Origin: Promethearchaeota archaeon
GTDB taxonomy: Archaea > Asgardarchaeota > Heimdallarchaeia > Hodarchaeales > Hodarchaeaceae
Assembly (NCBI GenBank): GCA_048938105.1
Contig: JBHLMN010000001.1
Location: 256,001 to 320,000 of the forward strand
Reading direction: 5' to 3'
Length of the DNA: 64,000 nucleotides
Positions 50,746 to 60,546 of the stretch are shown piece by piece (position 1 is the first letter of the stretch; every line of letters starts with the position of its first letter). Both the position numbers and the translations under genes were made by a program. Below the pieces are notes generated by a model. The model was not told the DNA's origin. It searched no databases and saw only the letters and a list, made by a program, of their open reading frames with translations.

Positions 50746-51093
50746 TTAATCCTTGGATGTTAATGTCATTTTAGTGCTTTCCCGTTTCACTAATGCAACA
50801 ATAATGATTTCAGAGTCATAGTCAGGGATTATTTCCACGTCACCAACTTCCAGCTCCAATCTGATACTTCTAGCTTCTTCTTGTGATATTTCCCTAGAAA
50901 TACTTCTCACTTTTCCTACCAAAGAGGCAACGTGCGCCGCTACTCTCTCCGTATCCTCTTCAGGAAGTGAAGATTGGAGTGGCAAACCATCTGTATCACT
51001 TAATACAGCACCATAAACTCCCTTATGCTTCCCAACTGATTCAATGACCTTCTCCAGCGCCTGTTGTGATAAATACCCTGCTTCTTGTGCCAT
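50746..51093 (-). CDS. Roadblock/LC7 protein (tandem paralog)
   Basis: HKGVYGAVLSDTDGLPLQSSL...AAHVASLVGKVRS. Confidence 0.88.
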   Translation of the reverse strand: MAQEAGYLSQQALEKVIESVGKHKGVYGAVLSDTDGLPLQSSLPEEDTERVAAHVASLVGKVRSISREISQEEARSIRLELEVGDVEIIPDYDSEIIIVALVKRESTKMTLTSKD

Positions 51094-51132
51094 TTTTCAT
51101 CGTATTCCTTTATTTTTTCATCGTATTCCTTT
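51093..51132. repeat. 19-bp tandem duplication (21-bp period) at the roadblock start codon
   Basis: tttttcatcgtattccttt at 51093-51111 and 51114-51132. Confidence 0.9.
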
Positions 51133-51298
51133 TCTCCGACGGCCACTTAAAACCTTTTGCTTTTGATTCCATGAAGGAAAAATTAAACCCTAATGAGCAG
51201 CATTACCTTTTAAAAACAAGGTAGTGTATCAAAGTTCTGGTAGGCTAAACCTTAAAAGCGGGGGAAAATAGGAAGTCCTTAGTCCTAGGAGGCCATTT

Positions 51299-51748
51299 GT
51301 GATGGACTCACAAGAAAGTGATAACAGCAAATCTTTGGATGAAAAATTAGATAAAATCCTATCAACTGTTAAGACCTTAGGAACTGATGTTAAATCCTTA
51401 AAAAACAGAATTTCTCAACTTGAGGGTCGCATAGATCAGAAATTATCCATTCCAATAGAATCTAGTGAATCAAAATCCACAGAAAGGAAAATAGATCCTG
51501 TTAATTTTGACGAGCTAGATGAACATCTAAAGCGTACCTATGAAATTTTAGAAACAGCTCAAAAACCAATGGATGCTTCAGAACTTGCCGAACGAATGGG
51601 TCGAAGCCGCAGCACCATTAGTTATCATCTTAACCAGCTTGAGAAAAAGGAATTTCTTGAAAAAATTCCAAGTCCTAAAGATAGGTCAAGAAATGTCTTT
51701 TTCAGGCCTAAGGGTAGCTCTTTTAAACTGATAAACTCTGAGAAATAA
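51299..51748 (+). CDS. Coiled-coil plus winged-helix transcription regulator
   Basis: N-terminal heptads; ASELAERMGRSRSTISYHLNQLEKK. Confidence 0.85.
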   Translation: MMDSQESDNSKSLDEKLDKILSTVKTLGTDVKSLKNRISQLEGRIDQKLSIPIESSESKSTERKIDPVNFDELDEHLKRTYEILETAQKPMDASELAERMGRSRSTISYHLNQLEKKEFLEKIPSPKDRSRNVFFRPKGSSFKLINSEK

Positions 51749-51799
51749 TTTCAGAGAATATTGAAACTAATAGATGAAAGAAAAGCAGAATTATTTCTA

Positions 51800-52348
51800 T
51801 CATTCAGATGTAAAATCTAAAATTTCAGCCCCTAACTGGTCAAAAGCAGCTTGAACACCGTTTCCAGTTTTTGCACTAGTTTCAATGAAATTTAATCCAA
51901 GACGATCAGCGAGTACTTTGCCTTCATCTGTGGATACGGTTTCTGTTCCTTCCTCACGCAAATCGGTTTTGTTTGCAAGCAGAACCACAGGAACATCCTT
52001 ATCACGTTTAGAATTTTTTCGGATATCATCCAACCATTTCTCTACATTTTCAAATGTTTGACGACGTGTAATGTCGTAAACAAGGATTCCACCAAATACT
52101 TTTGTATAATATGCTTTCACGACATCCTTAAAAACAGGCTGCCCTGCAAGATCCCAGATTTGCCAGCGAATATGTGTTTCCTTTATCGTTGTATCATAAA
52201 GGGCAAAATCTGCGCCCATTGTACTTAGATAATCTGTTTCGAAACCCTCACCTAGGTAACGTTTTCGCAGTGAGGTTTTCCCAACTGCTCCATCTCCAAT
52301 TAGTACAATTTTCCATAAGCGATGATCCTCATTACTCAACAATTTCAC
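51800..52348 (-). CDS. Rab-like small GTPase (no C-terminal prenylation Cys)
   Basis: GDGAVGKTS, YLSTMGADF, IWDLAGQ, YDIT, NKTD, ETSAKTG. Confidence 0.93.
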   Translation of the reverse strand: MKLLSNEDHRLWKIVLIGDGAVGKTSLRKRYLGEGFETDYLSTMGADFALYDTTIKETHIRWQIWDLAGQPVFKDVVKAYYTKVFGGILVYDITRRQTFENVEKWLDDIRKNSKRDKDVPVVLLANKTDLREEGTETVSTDEGKVLADRLGLNFIETSAKTGNGVQAAFDQLGAEILDFTSE

Positions 52349-52594
52349 CTTTTATAATCCTATTTTGATAGATTTCACAATTTCAAGTGTTCTAAATCCT
52401 TTGCGTAAAGGTTTAAAACCTTTTCTTTAAGTAACACTTGATTATTTCTGATTTTTTCTCGTTTTAAGTCAATTTTTATTTGACACATAAATATCATTTG
52501 ACTAGTGAGGAGAGATTTTTAAGAACTTTGATAAAGAATCTTAGATTAGATGCAATCTACTTCTCTCAAATCTCTCTTACATTAAAGTATCATA

Positions 52595-54298
52595 TTAGAG
52601 ATAAGATTTAGAATCAGTAGGGGAAATTCTTTTAACATATCCCCGTTTTCGTAATTCTTCTAAACACTCTAGTTCTACATCTTGATCTCGCTGTGTTATT
52701 TCTGTTGATGTTTCAGGAGAAAGTACTTTAGACGTTAGTAGTGCCCTAATAGTAGGCCTTAATTTTTCGGGTAATGCTAGTATCCCTAGGGTGTCGAAAG
52801 GTTGGATCTGAACGTATTTAGGGGGTTCTGTACATGAACAAACCTTTTTCCCTGTTTCTTCTTCTAGTTTAAGAAGAAATGGTCTTGGATTGATTCCTAA
52901 TTTTAGGAGATATTCATGCCTAATGTTATGGGTAGTTGTGAACTCATATAACAATAAATCCTTCACAGTGGGGTCAGAAAAATATTTTTGAACGTAATTA
53001 TGGAATAAAATTTCAGGATCCCCACGTAAGAGATCCATTTCAGCTCCATATGCAAGTATCATTTGCCGTAATTGTTCGTTTACCGTATCAATGTCAAAAA
53101 CATATGATTCAAAGATTTCTTCCACAACTTTTGTAGCCCCTGCAAATCCTCCAGTTTTTCCAGTCTTGGAAAAATCATGAATTGCTTCACTAAACTCTTT
53201 CTCAAAACGTTTAATATATTGAAAAAGCAATTCTGTCAGGGTGTCGGTCATCACTGGGCTATAGAGGATACCAATAATCCGTGTTCCTTTTCGTTGAACA
53301 ATTTTCATATTTCCATTGTCAATATAACGTAAATCACCTCGTCGTCCAGCAGTCTCCGAAACCATATGAGCGATGCTAGTCAATGCTGCTGTTATCAGGG
53401 CTGGGTTCTTCATCTCATCCTCTGCCTTTCCAAAGAAATAATAGTACATTGTTGATCCTGATTCTCGGTCTGTTATAAATATGGCAATGGGTGATGCTTC
53501 GGTTTCACTAGTAATCCTTCCAAATTCCTCTTTCTCTGTGATTTCCTGGAATTTTTGGTTCATATCTTGAAATGTTTCATTTACTGGGGATTGTGGAGAT
53601 TCCAGATAATAAATCCCTTGATCTGAAAATTCATTAAGTTCAGGAACCCAAGGAATTGTGTAAAAAATTGGATGTCTTAATTTTGATTCCATCTGTTCAA
53701 GAATTTGTTCAAGTTTCCCAAAGACCACAGGGGGTTTAACCATGTTCATGATTAACAAAGTTGGAGTAGTAAGGAAAGATAAAAAGTTTTGAATTACAGA
53801 TCTAGTTAAGCTGAAAGTAGGATATTTTTCAGACGAGATAATCCAAACCATATCACTCTGAAGAATGGCTTGCATTGTAATACTATTCTCTTCCAGATTA
53901 GCTGGTAAGATAAATGCTAGAAGATCAATTGTGTCTTTGAAAAAAAGTGCATTAACCCGATATTTTGTCCGTTCTCTTAAGTCAATTTGTGGAATTGGGC
54001 ACCCAGCAGAAGGCAGAACACGAACAAATGAGCCTTTATCCACATCATCAAAGATTGATAAGGACTCACTTACAAGAGTATCTTCAGAAATTTCGCTTAG
54101 GAAATCTGTACTGGTGAATTGAGATTTACCATATTTTAAAAGAGAATATCTTAGCTTTTCGGTGATGGAAAAATCAACAACAAGAATTCGCAATCCAGGC
54201 CTCGAGTGAGCGTAAGCTAAGAAAAAATTTAGTGTAATGGTCTTTTTTCCACAACTAGGGGTACGAGAATAAATACTGATCACTTTTGGAGTAGCCAT
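52595..54298 (-). CDS. Degenerate MinD/ParA-like P-loop domain fused to a longin domain and C-terminal helical/wHTH region
   Basis: VISIYSRTPSCGKKT, ILVVDF, IMNMV, IPW; longin IFITDRESGSTMYYYFFG...ALITAALTSIAHMVSE. Confidence 0.65.
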   Translation of the reverse strand: MATPKVISIYSRTPSCGKKTITLNFFLAYAHSRPGLRILVVDFSITEKLRYSLLKYGKSQFTSTDFLSEISEDTLVSESLSIFDDVDKGSFVRVLPSAGCPIPQIDLRERTKYRVNALFFKDTIDLLAFILPANLEENSITMQAILQSDMVWIISSEKYPTFSLTRSVIQNFLSFLTTPTLLIMNMVKPPVVFGKLEQILEQMESKLRHPIFYTIPWVPELNEFSDQGIYYLESPQSPVNETFQDMNQKFQEITEKEEFGRITSETEASPIAIFITDRESGSTMYYYFFGKAEDEMKNPALITAALTSIAHMVSETAGRRGDLRYIDNGNMKIVQRKGTRIIGILYSPVMTDTLTELLFQYIKRFEKEFSEAIHDFSKTGKTGGFAGATKVVEEIFESYVFDIDTVNEQLRQMILAYGAEMDLLRGDPEILFHNYVQKYFSDPTVKDLLLYEFTTTHNIRHEYLLKLGINPRPFLLKLEEETGKKVCSCTEPPKYVQIQPFDTLGILALPEKLRPTIRALLTSKVLSPETSTEITQRDQDVELECLEELRKRGYVKRISPTDSKSYL

Positions 54299-54643
54299 TT
54301 TTATTTCAGCACATGTATTTTGATAATTCAGATAAAATCAATGTTCTAATAACTTAATACAGTTTAACTTTCCTTTTAAATTGAATGTTTACAGAGGTGA
54401 ATCTAATTATCATATTTATATTTTTAATAGATCTAAATTTAAGATTAGGAAATTAATATGAATATTTCCAATATATTTTCTTCTGCATTATGATTAAGTT
54501 AATTATATGATTTCTTTCAAACCACAATCAATAAACTTTTGGTTCATTATGAAATCCTATCCCTTGACATCTGAATAGTAAAGAAAATGACTACTCAAAA
54601 GTTTTACAATTCTGGCAACTTAAATATACAAGGACTGTTTTAA

Positions 54644-55450
54644 ATGGAAAAGGAAACACAAGACCAATCCCCTGTTGTTTCATTATCTTTAGATGAAGTG
54701 GGACTCACTGATTTTCAAACGCAGGTCTCTATCACTCGGGGAACCAAGGTTTATCGTTATCAAACTACTGTTAGTGTTGTTATCGACTTACCTCCTTCCC
54801 GAAAAGGGGCTCATTTATCCCGTTTCGTTGAATTGATTTCTGAAATCCTCAGTAGTGAAGTTCAAATCCACTATTCCTTAGAAGAGATGTCCATTCACGT
54901 TCTACGGAAATTAAATGAACGACATCCATTTGAAAAAGGATCAATTACCTTAGATTTCATTTTTTTTACAAATAGAATCACACCAGTCTCACAACGACCT
55001 TCAATAGAAAATTATAAAGCTCAATTGATTACTTGGTGGGATAAAGGTAACATTATGCATAAACTTACTTTAGGAACGTATGGAAGCACCGCATGTCCTC
55101 ATGCTCTTTCTCAAAACTCTGCGAACCGTACCCATATTCAACGTGCCTACGCTGAAATTAGTTTGCAAGGTAAAACAACCGATATCCCTGATATGGAGGA
55201 TTTAAGCGTAATTCTTGACAAAAGTTTTTCAGCTCCGACCTTTTCCCTTCTAAAAGCGGAGGATGAACAGTGGATTGTCAAGCGTATGTGGGAAAATCCA
55301 TTATTTGTGGAAGATGTCACTCGAAATCTATTGCAGCTTGCTCTAGAAAACTATTCTAGTCGAAAATTAGAAATTCAAGCTAAGACTGTCTCTCAAGAAT
55401 CTATTCATAAACATAATATCATATCGAAAGGAAGTATCAGAACCGATTAA
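54644..55450 (+). CDS. mptA: GTP cyclohydrolase MptA/FolE2 family
   Basis: KGAHLSRF, TACPHA, THIQR, NPLFVEDVTR, ESIHKHN. Confidence 0.9.
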   Translation: MEKETQDQSPVVSLSLDEVGLTDFQTQVSITRGTKVYRYQTTVSVVIDLPPSRKGAHLSRFVELISEILSSEVQIHYSLEEMSIHVLRKLNERHPFEKGSITLDFIFFTNRITPVSQRPSIENYKAQLITWWDKGNIMHKLTLGTYGSTACPHALSQNSANRTHIQRAYAEISLQGKTTDIPDMEDLSVILDKSFSAPTFSLLKAEDEQWIVKRMWENPLFVEDVTRNLLQLALENYSSRKLEIQAKTVSQESIHKHNIISKGSIRTD

Positions 55451-55493
55451 AACCTCAAATATTTTTAGATGAAAAGAAATTTACTCTAATTAT

Positions 55494-56837
55494 TCAATTA
55501 GACTTCTTTTTCTCTCCGAATATTTTACTTCGGAATTTCTTTGCAGCTGAAAAGATACCAACTCCACTTGCTTCAACAGCTTTTTTTCCTACTGTAAGTG
55601 CAATATCTGTTTTGCTTATTTCTCCTTTCTTAATTCGTTCCATATAATTAACAAGATCCTCATAAGGTGGTAGAAAATCAAAACGATAGATGTCAGCAGC
55701 CCAATAACCTTTCCCACGCTGTAATGTATAGAAAATGCAGACAATGACTAGAATGAGAACCATGAACACCATTGTAATGTCGTGATACCCCTCTGAGAAT
55801 AAGAGATCTCCAAATAAATTGGCCCATGCTATTGTTTGATTACTCATTACTTGCAATTGCATTAAGTGGAAACCTAAAGCAAGCCCCAAATAAATCAAAA
55901 CAATCCCCTCACCACCAACAAAACCAATGAATCTACCTATTCGAAATGGATCCTCCTTGATTTCTTTCTTGGATTCTGGATCGATTACAACACCTTTCAT
56001 TTTAACACGACGTGAGATATTTTGAGCACTATAAAGAAGGGAAAATATCACAAAAAAGTAATCAAAACTTGTTATAATACCTTCAGATCCAGTCACAGAG
56101 GTTAAAAAGATCATTATTTGATTGGGTAAAGTCATTACAAAAAAGAAACCTAGAGTTGTATTGAAAACATCATCATTGAAAATCCATCCTTGAACCACCA
56201 ATATAATCAGGATTGCAACAATAACACCAATGACACCCAATGTAAAATAACTTATACGATTTTCAGTAAAACCAACATAAGTCATAACAATATTCCAGAA
56301 AAGCGAAGCTATCGCTATGAGGGTCATTACACCTGAAAAGATGGATTTGTGATCTGTCGTTGGTTTTCCTAAAAACAAAACACTACCAGTTATTTTATTA
56401 TTAAACATCCCCTTTGAAAAGGCAAACGAGGCTAGAGGAACCAAAAACGCCCAGCTTAAGAAAGCTAGAAGGGGAAAATACTGGATCAATAAATCAGAAA
56501 GGATTTCAAAAAATAACACTACTAAAACAGTGATAACTACTATCAATAGAAGGATGAAACGAACAATTGTATTTAATTTCTTAGAAACTAAACCTGAAAC
56601 TATAAAACCCAAAGCTATACTAATCTGCGCCATGAATGCTACTTCAAGCAGGGTAAAGTCACCAATAGTAATTGTTTCTGATGTTTGACTTTGGAGGACG
56701 ACTGCTCCTGTTGTTATTACTGAAGTTATAAATAAAATCAAACTAAACAGGATTAAACGCCTAGAAAATAGAATTCGTACCCCACCAAACAATGTTGATT
56801 TTAGATAATCCCAAAATGCCTTTTCTACATAACTCAT
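55494..56837 (-). CDS. Polytopic membrane protein of unknown function
   Basis: About 11 TM helices, 447 aa. Confidence 0.75.
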   Translation of the reverse strand: MSYVEKAFWDYLKSTLFGGVRILFSRRLILFSLILFITSVITTGAVVLQSQTSETITIGDFTLLEVAFMAQISIALGFIVSGLVSKKLNTIVRFILLLIVVITVLVVLFFEILSDLLIQYFPLLAFLSWAFLVPLASFAFSKGMFNNKITGSVLFLGKPTTDHKSIFSGVMTLIAIASLFWNIVMTYVGFTENRISYFTLGVIGVIVAILIILVVQGWIFNDDVFNTTLGFFFVMTLPNQIMIFLTSVTGSEGIITSFDYFFVIFSLLYSAQNISRRVKMKGVVIDPESKKEIKEDPFRIGRFIGFVGGEGIVLIYLGLALGFHLMQLQVMSNQTIAWANLFGDLLFSEGYHDITMVFMVLILVIVCIFYTLQRGKGYWAADIYRFDFLPPYEDLVNYMERIKKGEISKTDIALTVGKKAVEASGVGIFSAAKKFRSKIFGEKKKSN

Positions 56838-56981
56838 TGATTATTCCTCAATTATTTCTACTAATTAACACATCTAAATAACAAATAAGAGAAATTTTAA
56901 AATTTCTTCGAACTCCTGATATTTTATTGTTAAAGAAGTTAAATCTGCAATACACCAATTTTTTTAATGAAGTGAAGAGGA

Positions 56982-57293
56982 ATGGATTTGAACAGTATTA
57001 CTAGTGAAGTAGATAAATTTATCCGATCTCATGGAGGATATTGGGAGCCAGCTTGGCTTTTAGCAGCAATAAATGAGGAATTAGGAGAATTATCTCGAGC
57101 TCTGCAAATATATTCAGGAATTAGAACAACAGAAGCTTTAGAAAAGAAAACATCTATAATAGGTTCCATTGAAGAGGAATGTGGTGATATTTTCTATGCG
57201 TTAATCTGTTTAGCCAATTTTTTCAACTTAGACTTAGAAACTGCGTTATATAAGACCTTAAACAAATATAATTCGCGATATGAGCTTAAATGA
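56982..57293 (+). CDS. MazG-like nucleotide pyrophosphohydrolase
   Basis: EELGEL...EEECGDIFYALICLAN. Confidence 0.9.
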   Translation: MDLNSITSEVDKFIRSHGGYWEPAWLLAAINEELGELSRALQIYSGIRTTEALEKKTSIIGSIEEECGDIFYALICLANFFNLDLETALYKTLNKYNSRYELK

Positions 57294-57433
57294 TAAATGG
57301 AGATTACTAAGGTTAAGTATGACGATTTAGAGTTCTTTGCTTATGAAAGAAATACCGCAAGCTTTAATTATTTATTAAGAGGCTGGATCAATTCCAAATA
57401 GATGTAAATATTATTCAAATAGGATGAGTAAAA

Positions 57434-58885
57434 ATGGCAAGTGTAATAAAAATAATAGCTGGAATCTTCATTATAATGATAGGCTTTCCTATCTTTATTG
57501 GTGGCAGCGCAATTCTCCTCATCACACCTATTTTCACTGATGATCAAGGATACTTTATGACAGATCCTATTCACATTGAAAAAGAAGGTTACTCAGCTAT
57601 TCGACTAGATATTCCTCTTGAGGATGTAGAAATCGGAGTACGGATTGATCCGTCAAAATTCGTCACATTAAAAATGAATGTTCATGGCGAAAAATCTAAT
57701 GATAAAGTTTTCGTCGGATTAGCCGAATCGTCTGAAGTTGATAAAGTTTTAACTTCTAATGTTTCCTTTATAAGAATCCAGAACTTTGAGTACTATTCTG
57801 GCTGGGAATTTGGTGAGGAAGATTCAGAATTCAAAATGGAACTTGAATTTATCGAAAATACTTCTACTAGAGCCCCTCCGCAGATTAAAGCAGCTTCATG
57901 GATTGGAGATACTGGTACGACTGGTAATGAATTTATTTGGGCTCCAACATATTTAGAACTGACTAGTGGTAATACACTCTCTTTGGTTTTAATAAATGAA
58001 GACTCTGGAGGAAATCATGGCATATCTAACAATGTTGATATTACTTTTAGTGTAGGAGCGAAGATTCCTATTATAAATGCTATCGGTTGGGTACTCCTCA
58101 TATTTGGTGGTTTGTTCACCTTATTGGGAATTATCCTTCTATGGAGTGGGATACGAACCAAAAAACCCCGGCTTGAGCGTGTGCGATATTACCAAGGAGC
58201 CCCAGCACAAGTAGTTGAGCCTGTGACCAGACCAATTCCGAAATTCCAACTCCAATGCTCTAACTGTGGTTCTTTAAATGAAGCAGATAGTACCTTCTGT
58301 TCTCAATGTGGTGAGATTCTCCTTTCAGAAGATCGAAAATCTATTGATGATGTTGTAGAGGGGAAAGAAGTCAAAATATACGAACCAGTAGGTACTAAAC
58401 TAGTTGTAGCAGAAGGATGGCCTCGCTTCTGGGCTTGGTTAATTGATATCTTTATTGTGAGCATGAGCACAAACCTTCTGAGCTCAATATTGTTCTTTTC
58501 TTTCAATAATTGGGATTGGTGGTCATTTGGTATCTTGAATCCTTTTCAATGGTTATTTAGTCTCGGACCTTCTTCGATAATTTTCTTTTTGTACACTATT
58601 TTCATGGAATACAATTATGGACAAACTATAGGTAAGATGGTTCTTAATCTAGAGGTGGTATCAGAAATCACTGGTGACCGTCCTGTTTTACAAGATTTGG
58701 TCATCTCTGCATTAGGAAAATCTTTTTTCCTTCCTTTGGACGTAATATTAGGATGGTTCGCTCGTGATAAGAACCAAATACCAAATCTTGAGCAAAGATT
58801 AACCCAGAAATGGGCTCGAACTGTTGTGATAGTCCAACAGAAGAAAAAAGAGGAATCTGCTCAATTTGTGTCTAGTAGGGTTTAA
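57434..58885 (+). CDS. Membrane protein with extracellular domain, Zn ribbon and C-terminal RDD domain
   Basis: Two TMs flanking a beta-rich domain; CSNC..FCSQCG; RFWAWLID, GQTIGKM, QRL. Confidence 0.8.
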   Translation: MASVIKIIAGIFIIMIGFPIFIGGSAILLITPIFTDDQGYFMTDPIHIEKEGYSAIRLDIPLEDVEIGVRIDPSKFVTLKMNVHGEKSNDKVFVGLAESSEVDKVLTSNVSFIRIQNFEYYSGWEFGEEDSEFKMELEFIENTSTRAPPQIKAASWIGDTGTTGNEFIWAPTYLELTSGNTLSLVLINEDSGGNHGISNNVDITFSVGAKIPIINAIGWVLLIFGGLFTLLGIILLWSGIRTKKPRLERVRYYQGAPAQVVEPVTRPIPKFQLQCSNCGSLNEADSTFCSQCGEILLSEDRKSIDDVVEGKEVKIYEPVGTKLVVAEGWPRFWAWLIDIFIVSMSTNLLSSILFFSFNNWDWWSFGILNPFQWLFSLGPSSIIFFLYTIFMEYNYGQTIGKMVLNLEVVSEITGDRPVLQDLVISALGKSFFLPLDVILGWFARDKNQIPNLEQRLTQKWARTVVIVQQKKKEESAQFVSSRV

Positions 58886-58943
58886 ATAGACCCCACTACC
58901 TCCTCTTTTTCATTTTTTCTTTTTTTGATATTAAATTCCTGAA

Positions 58944-59426
58944 TTAAATGGAACTCATTATATCCTCTTCAGTCATAAGAACTTCATGAGATTCCTTTAA
59001 GACCCGTTGATAATCGTCAAATGTCAACAATGAGAGTGCTTCCTCAAATGTAGCCCAACGCCAGTTGATATGCTCTGGAGATATATTGATTTCTTTAGAA
59101 AAGAATCTGACTAAGAAAAACACTACTTTCTTGACTATTGTTTTTGGGCCTCGCTTAGGAAAATAAATTGAGTCACTAAGCAATCTCTTAATGATTCTGA
59201 AGTTTGATTGTCCTGTTTCTTCACGAATTTCGCGAATAGCGGTTTGTTCGTAAGATTCTCCTTTATCTTGGCGCCCTTTAGGGAAGGCCCAATACTTGAA
59301 AGGCCCATGGTGTTGTACTAATAGATAGAGGGGTTTTTCACTTTTATTTAGTTCATTGAAGTACACAGGTACTCCTCCACACGAGACTTCATCGAAATGA
59401 GGGAGAAATTCCTGTTTGGGAGTCAT
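58944..59426 (-). CDS. NUDIX hydrolase (Ap4A hydrolase-like)
   Basis: WAFPKG...GESYEQTAIREIREETG, SPEH. Confidence 0.92.
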   Translation of the reverse strand: MTPKQEFLPHFDEVSCGGVPVYFNELNKSEKPLYLLVQHHGPFKYWAFPKGRQDKGESYEQTAIREIREETGQSNFRIIKRLLSDSIYFPKRGPKTIVKKVVFFLVRFFSKEINISPEHINWRWATFEEALSLLTFDDYQRVLKESHEVLMTEEDIMSSI

Positions 59427-59640
59427 GAATGGGGATTCCCTGAAATTTAGTTTGTGAATATTTACTAATTCTATTATTACAGGTTATGTTTTAATTGTTA
59501 AGGGTGTTCTATGTTCTTTCAGGAATAATTAATGCGAACTTTCATTTATGAGCCGTATTAATAGAGAAGTAATTTAAAACTTATTATCCTGTTTCTAAAA
59601 GTGGATAAAAAATTGCAAAAATTTGTGAAAAAACGACACA

Positions 59641-60546
59641 TTGTCTGGAGATAGATCTGTGAAAGAAAAGGACATCATAAAATATCGTGTGATTTTAAAA
59701 AAAGAAGATCCATCAACTGATATTTCAAATGTAAAAGGTATTTTATCATTCCAGAGGAATAATCTCATTTTTACCTCGGATGATCTTGATCCAAATCTAG
59801 AAAGAACATATGCTATAAATGAATTAACAAACGCAACAATACTTTTAATGCGAGAATGGTTCAAGAAAAAGGAAATAGTGTCACTCCAATTTACTAGGAG
59901 ACAGGTTTCGGTATCCGTCTTTTTTGAACCCATAGATGTATCACCTGAATTTCTTTTGCAGGAAATCTGGAAAATTCACGAACAAATATCAAAAGGAACT
60001 TTTTCTGGTGTAGTAGGTTCTTTAATTGAAAAAATTGGTGAAGAAAGTCAAAAGATAGTCCATGAGTTCGGAGCAATGATTCAATCTTCTTCCCAAGAAA
60101 TTACCCAAGCAATAGATCAAACGAGACAATTCATCAGAGAAGCAACAAAAAGTGCCAACATTTTGGAATCTATTGATACAGCTCCAGAGAAGAAAAGGAA
60201 AACAATCAATTTAGAAGTAACTGATATCGATGAAATCCTTAAGCGATCTCTAGCCTCAGAAAAGATTGAAGCAATGATTTCTGGTTTGATCGCTAAAGGA
60301 CTAATTTCTGCAAAGGATCAAAAGTTTCAGGAAGCTTTAGATGCTTTAAAAATTGCTCGTGAAGCAGCAAAAAATGAAAACTTGAAAGAATACACTGAAA
60401 TTGTTGATGAAAACATAAAACAAATTGAAAACTTAGATACTGAGAATTTAGATAAACAAGCCATCAAGTATGCAAACGAGGCTCGTGATATTGTAGCCAA
60501 TTGGGAAGAGTCAAAAAATAATGAAAAAGAAGATGCATCCGATTAA
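59641..60546 (+). CDS. Hypothetical protein: possible PH-like N-terminal domain plus helical C-terminus
   Basis: KGILSFQRNNLIF...TYAINEL...VSLQF..VFFEP then long amphipathic helices. Confidence 0.55.
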   Translation: MSGDRSVKEKDIIKYRVILKKEDPSTDISNVKGILSFQRNNLIFTSDDLDPNLERTYAINELTNATILLMREWFKKKEIVSLQFTRRQVSVSVFFEPIDVSPEFLLQEIWKIHEQISKGTFSGVVGSLIEKIGEESQKIVHEFGAMIQSSSQEITQAIDQTRQFIREATKSANILESIDTAPEKKRKTINLEVTDIDEILKRSLASEKIEAMISGLIAKGLISAKDQKFQEALDALKIAREAAKNENLKEYTEIVDENIKQIENLDTENLDKQAIKYANEARDIVANWEESKNNEKEDASD

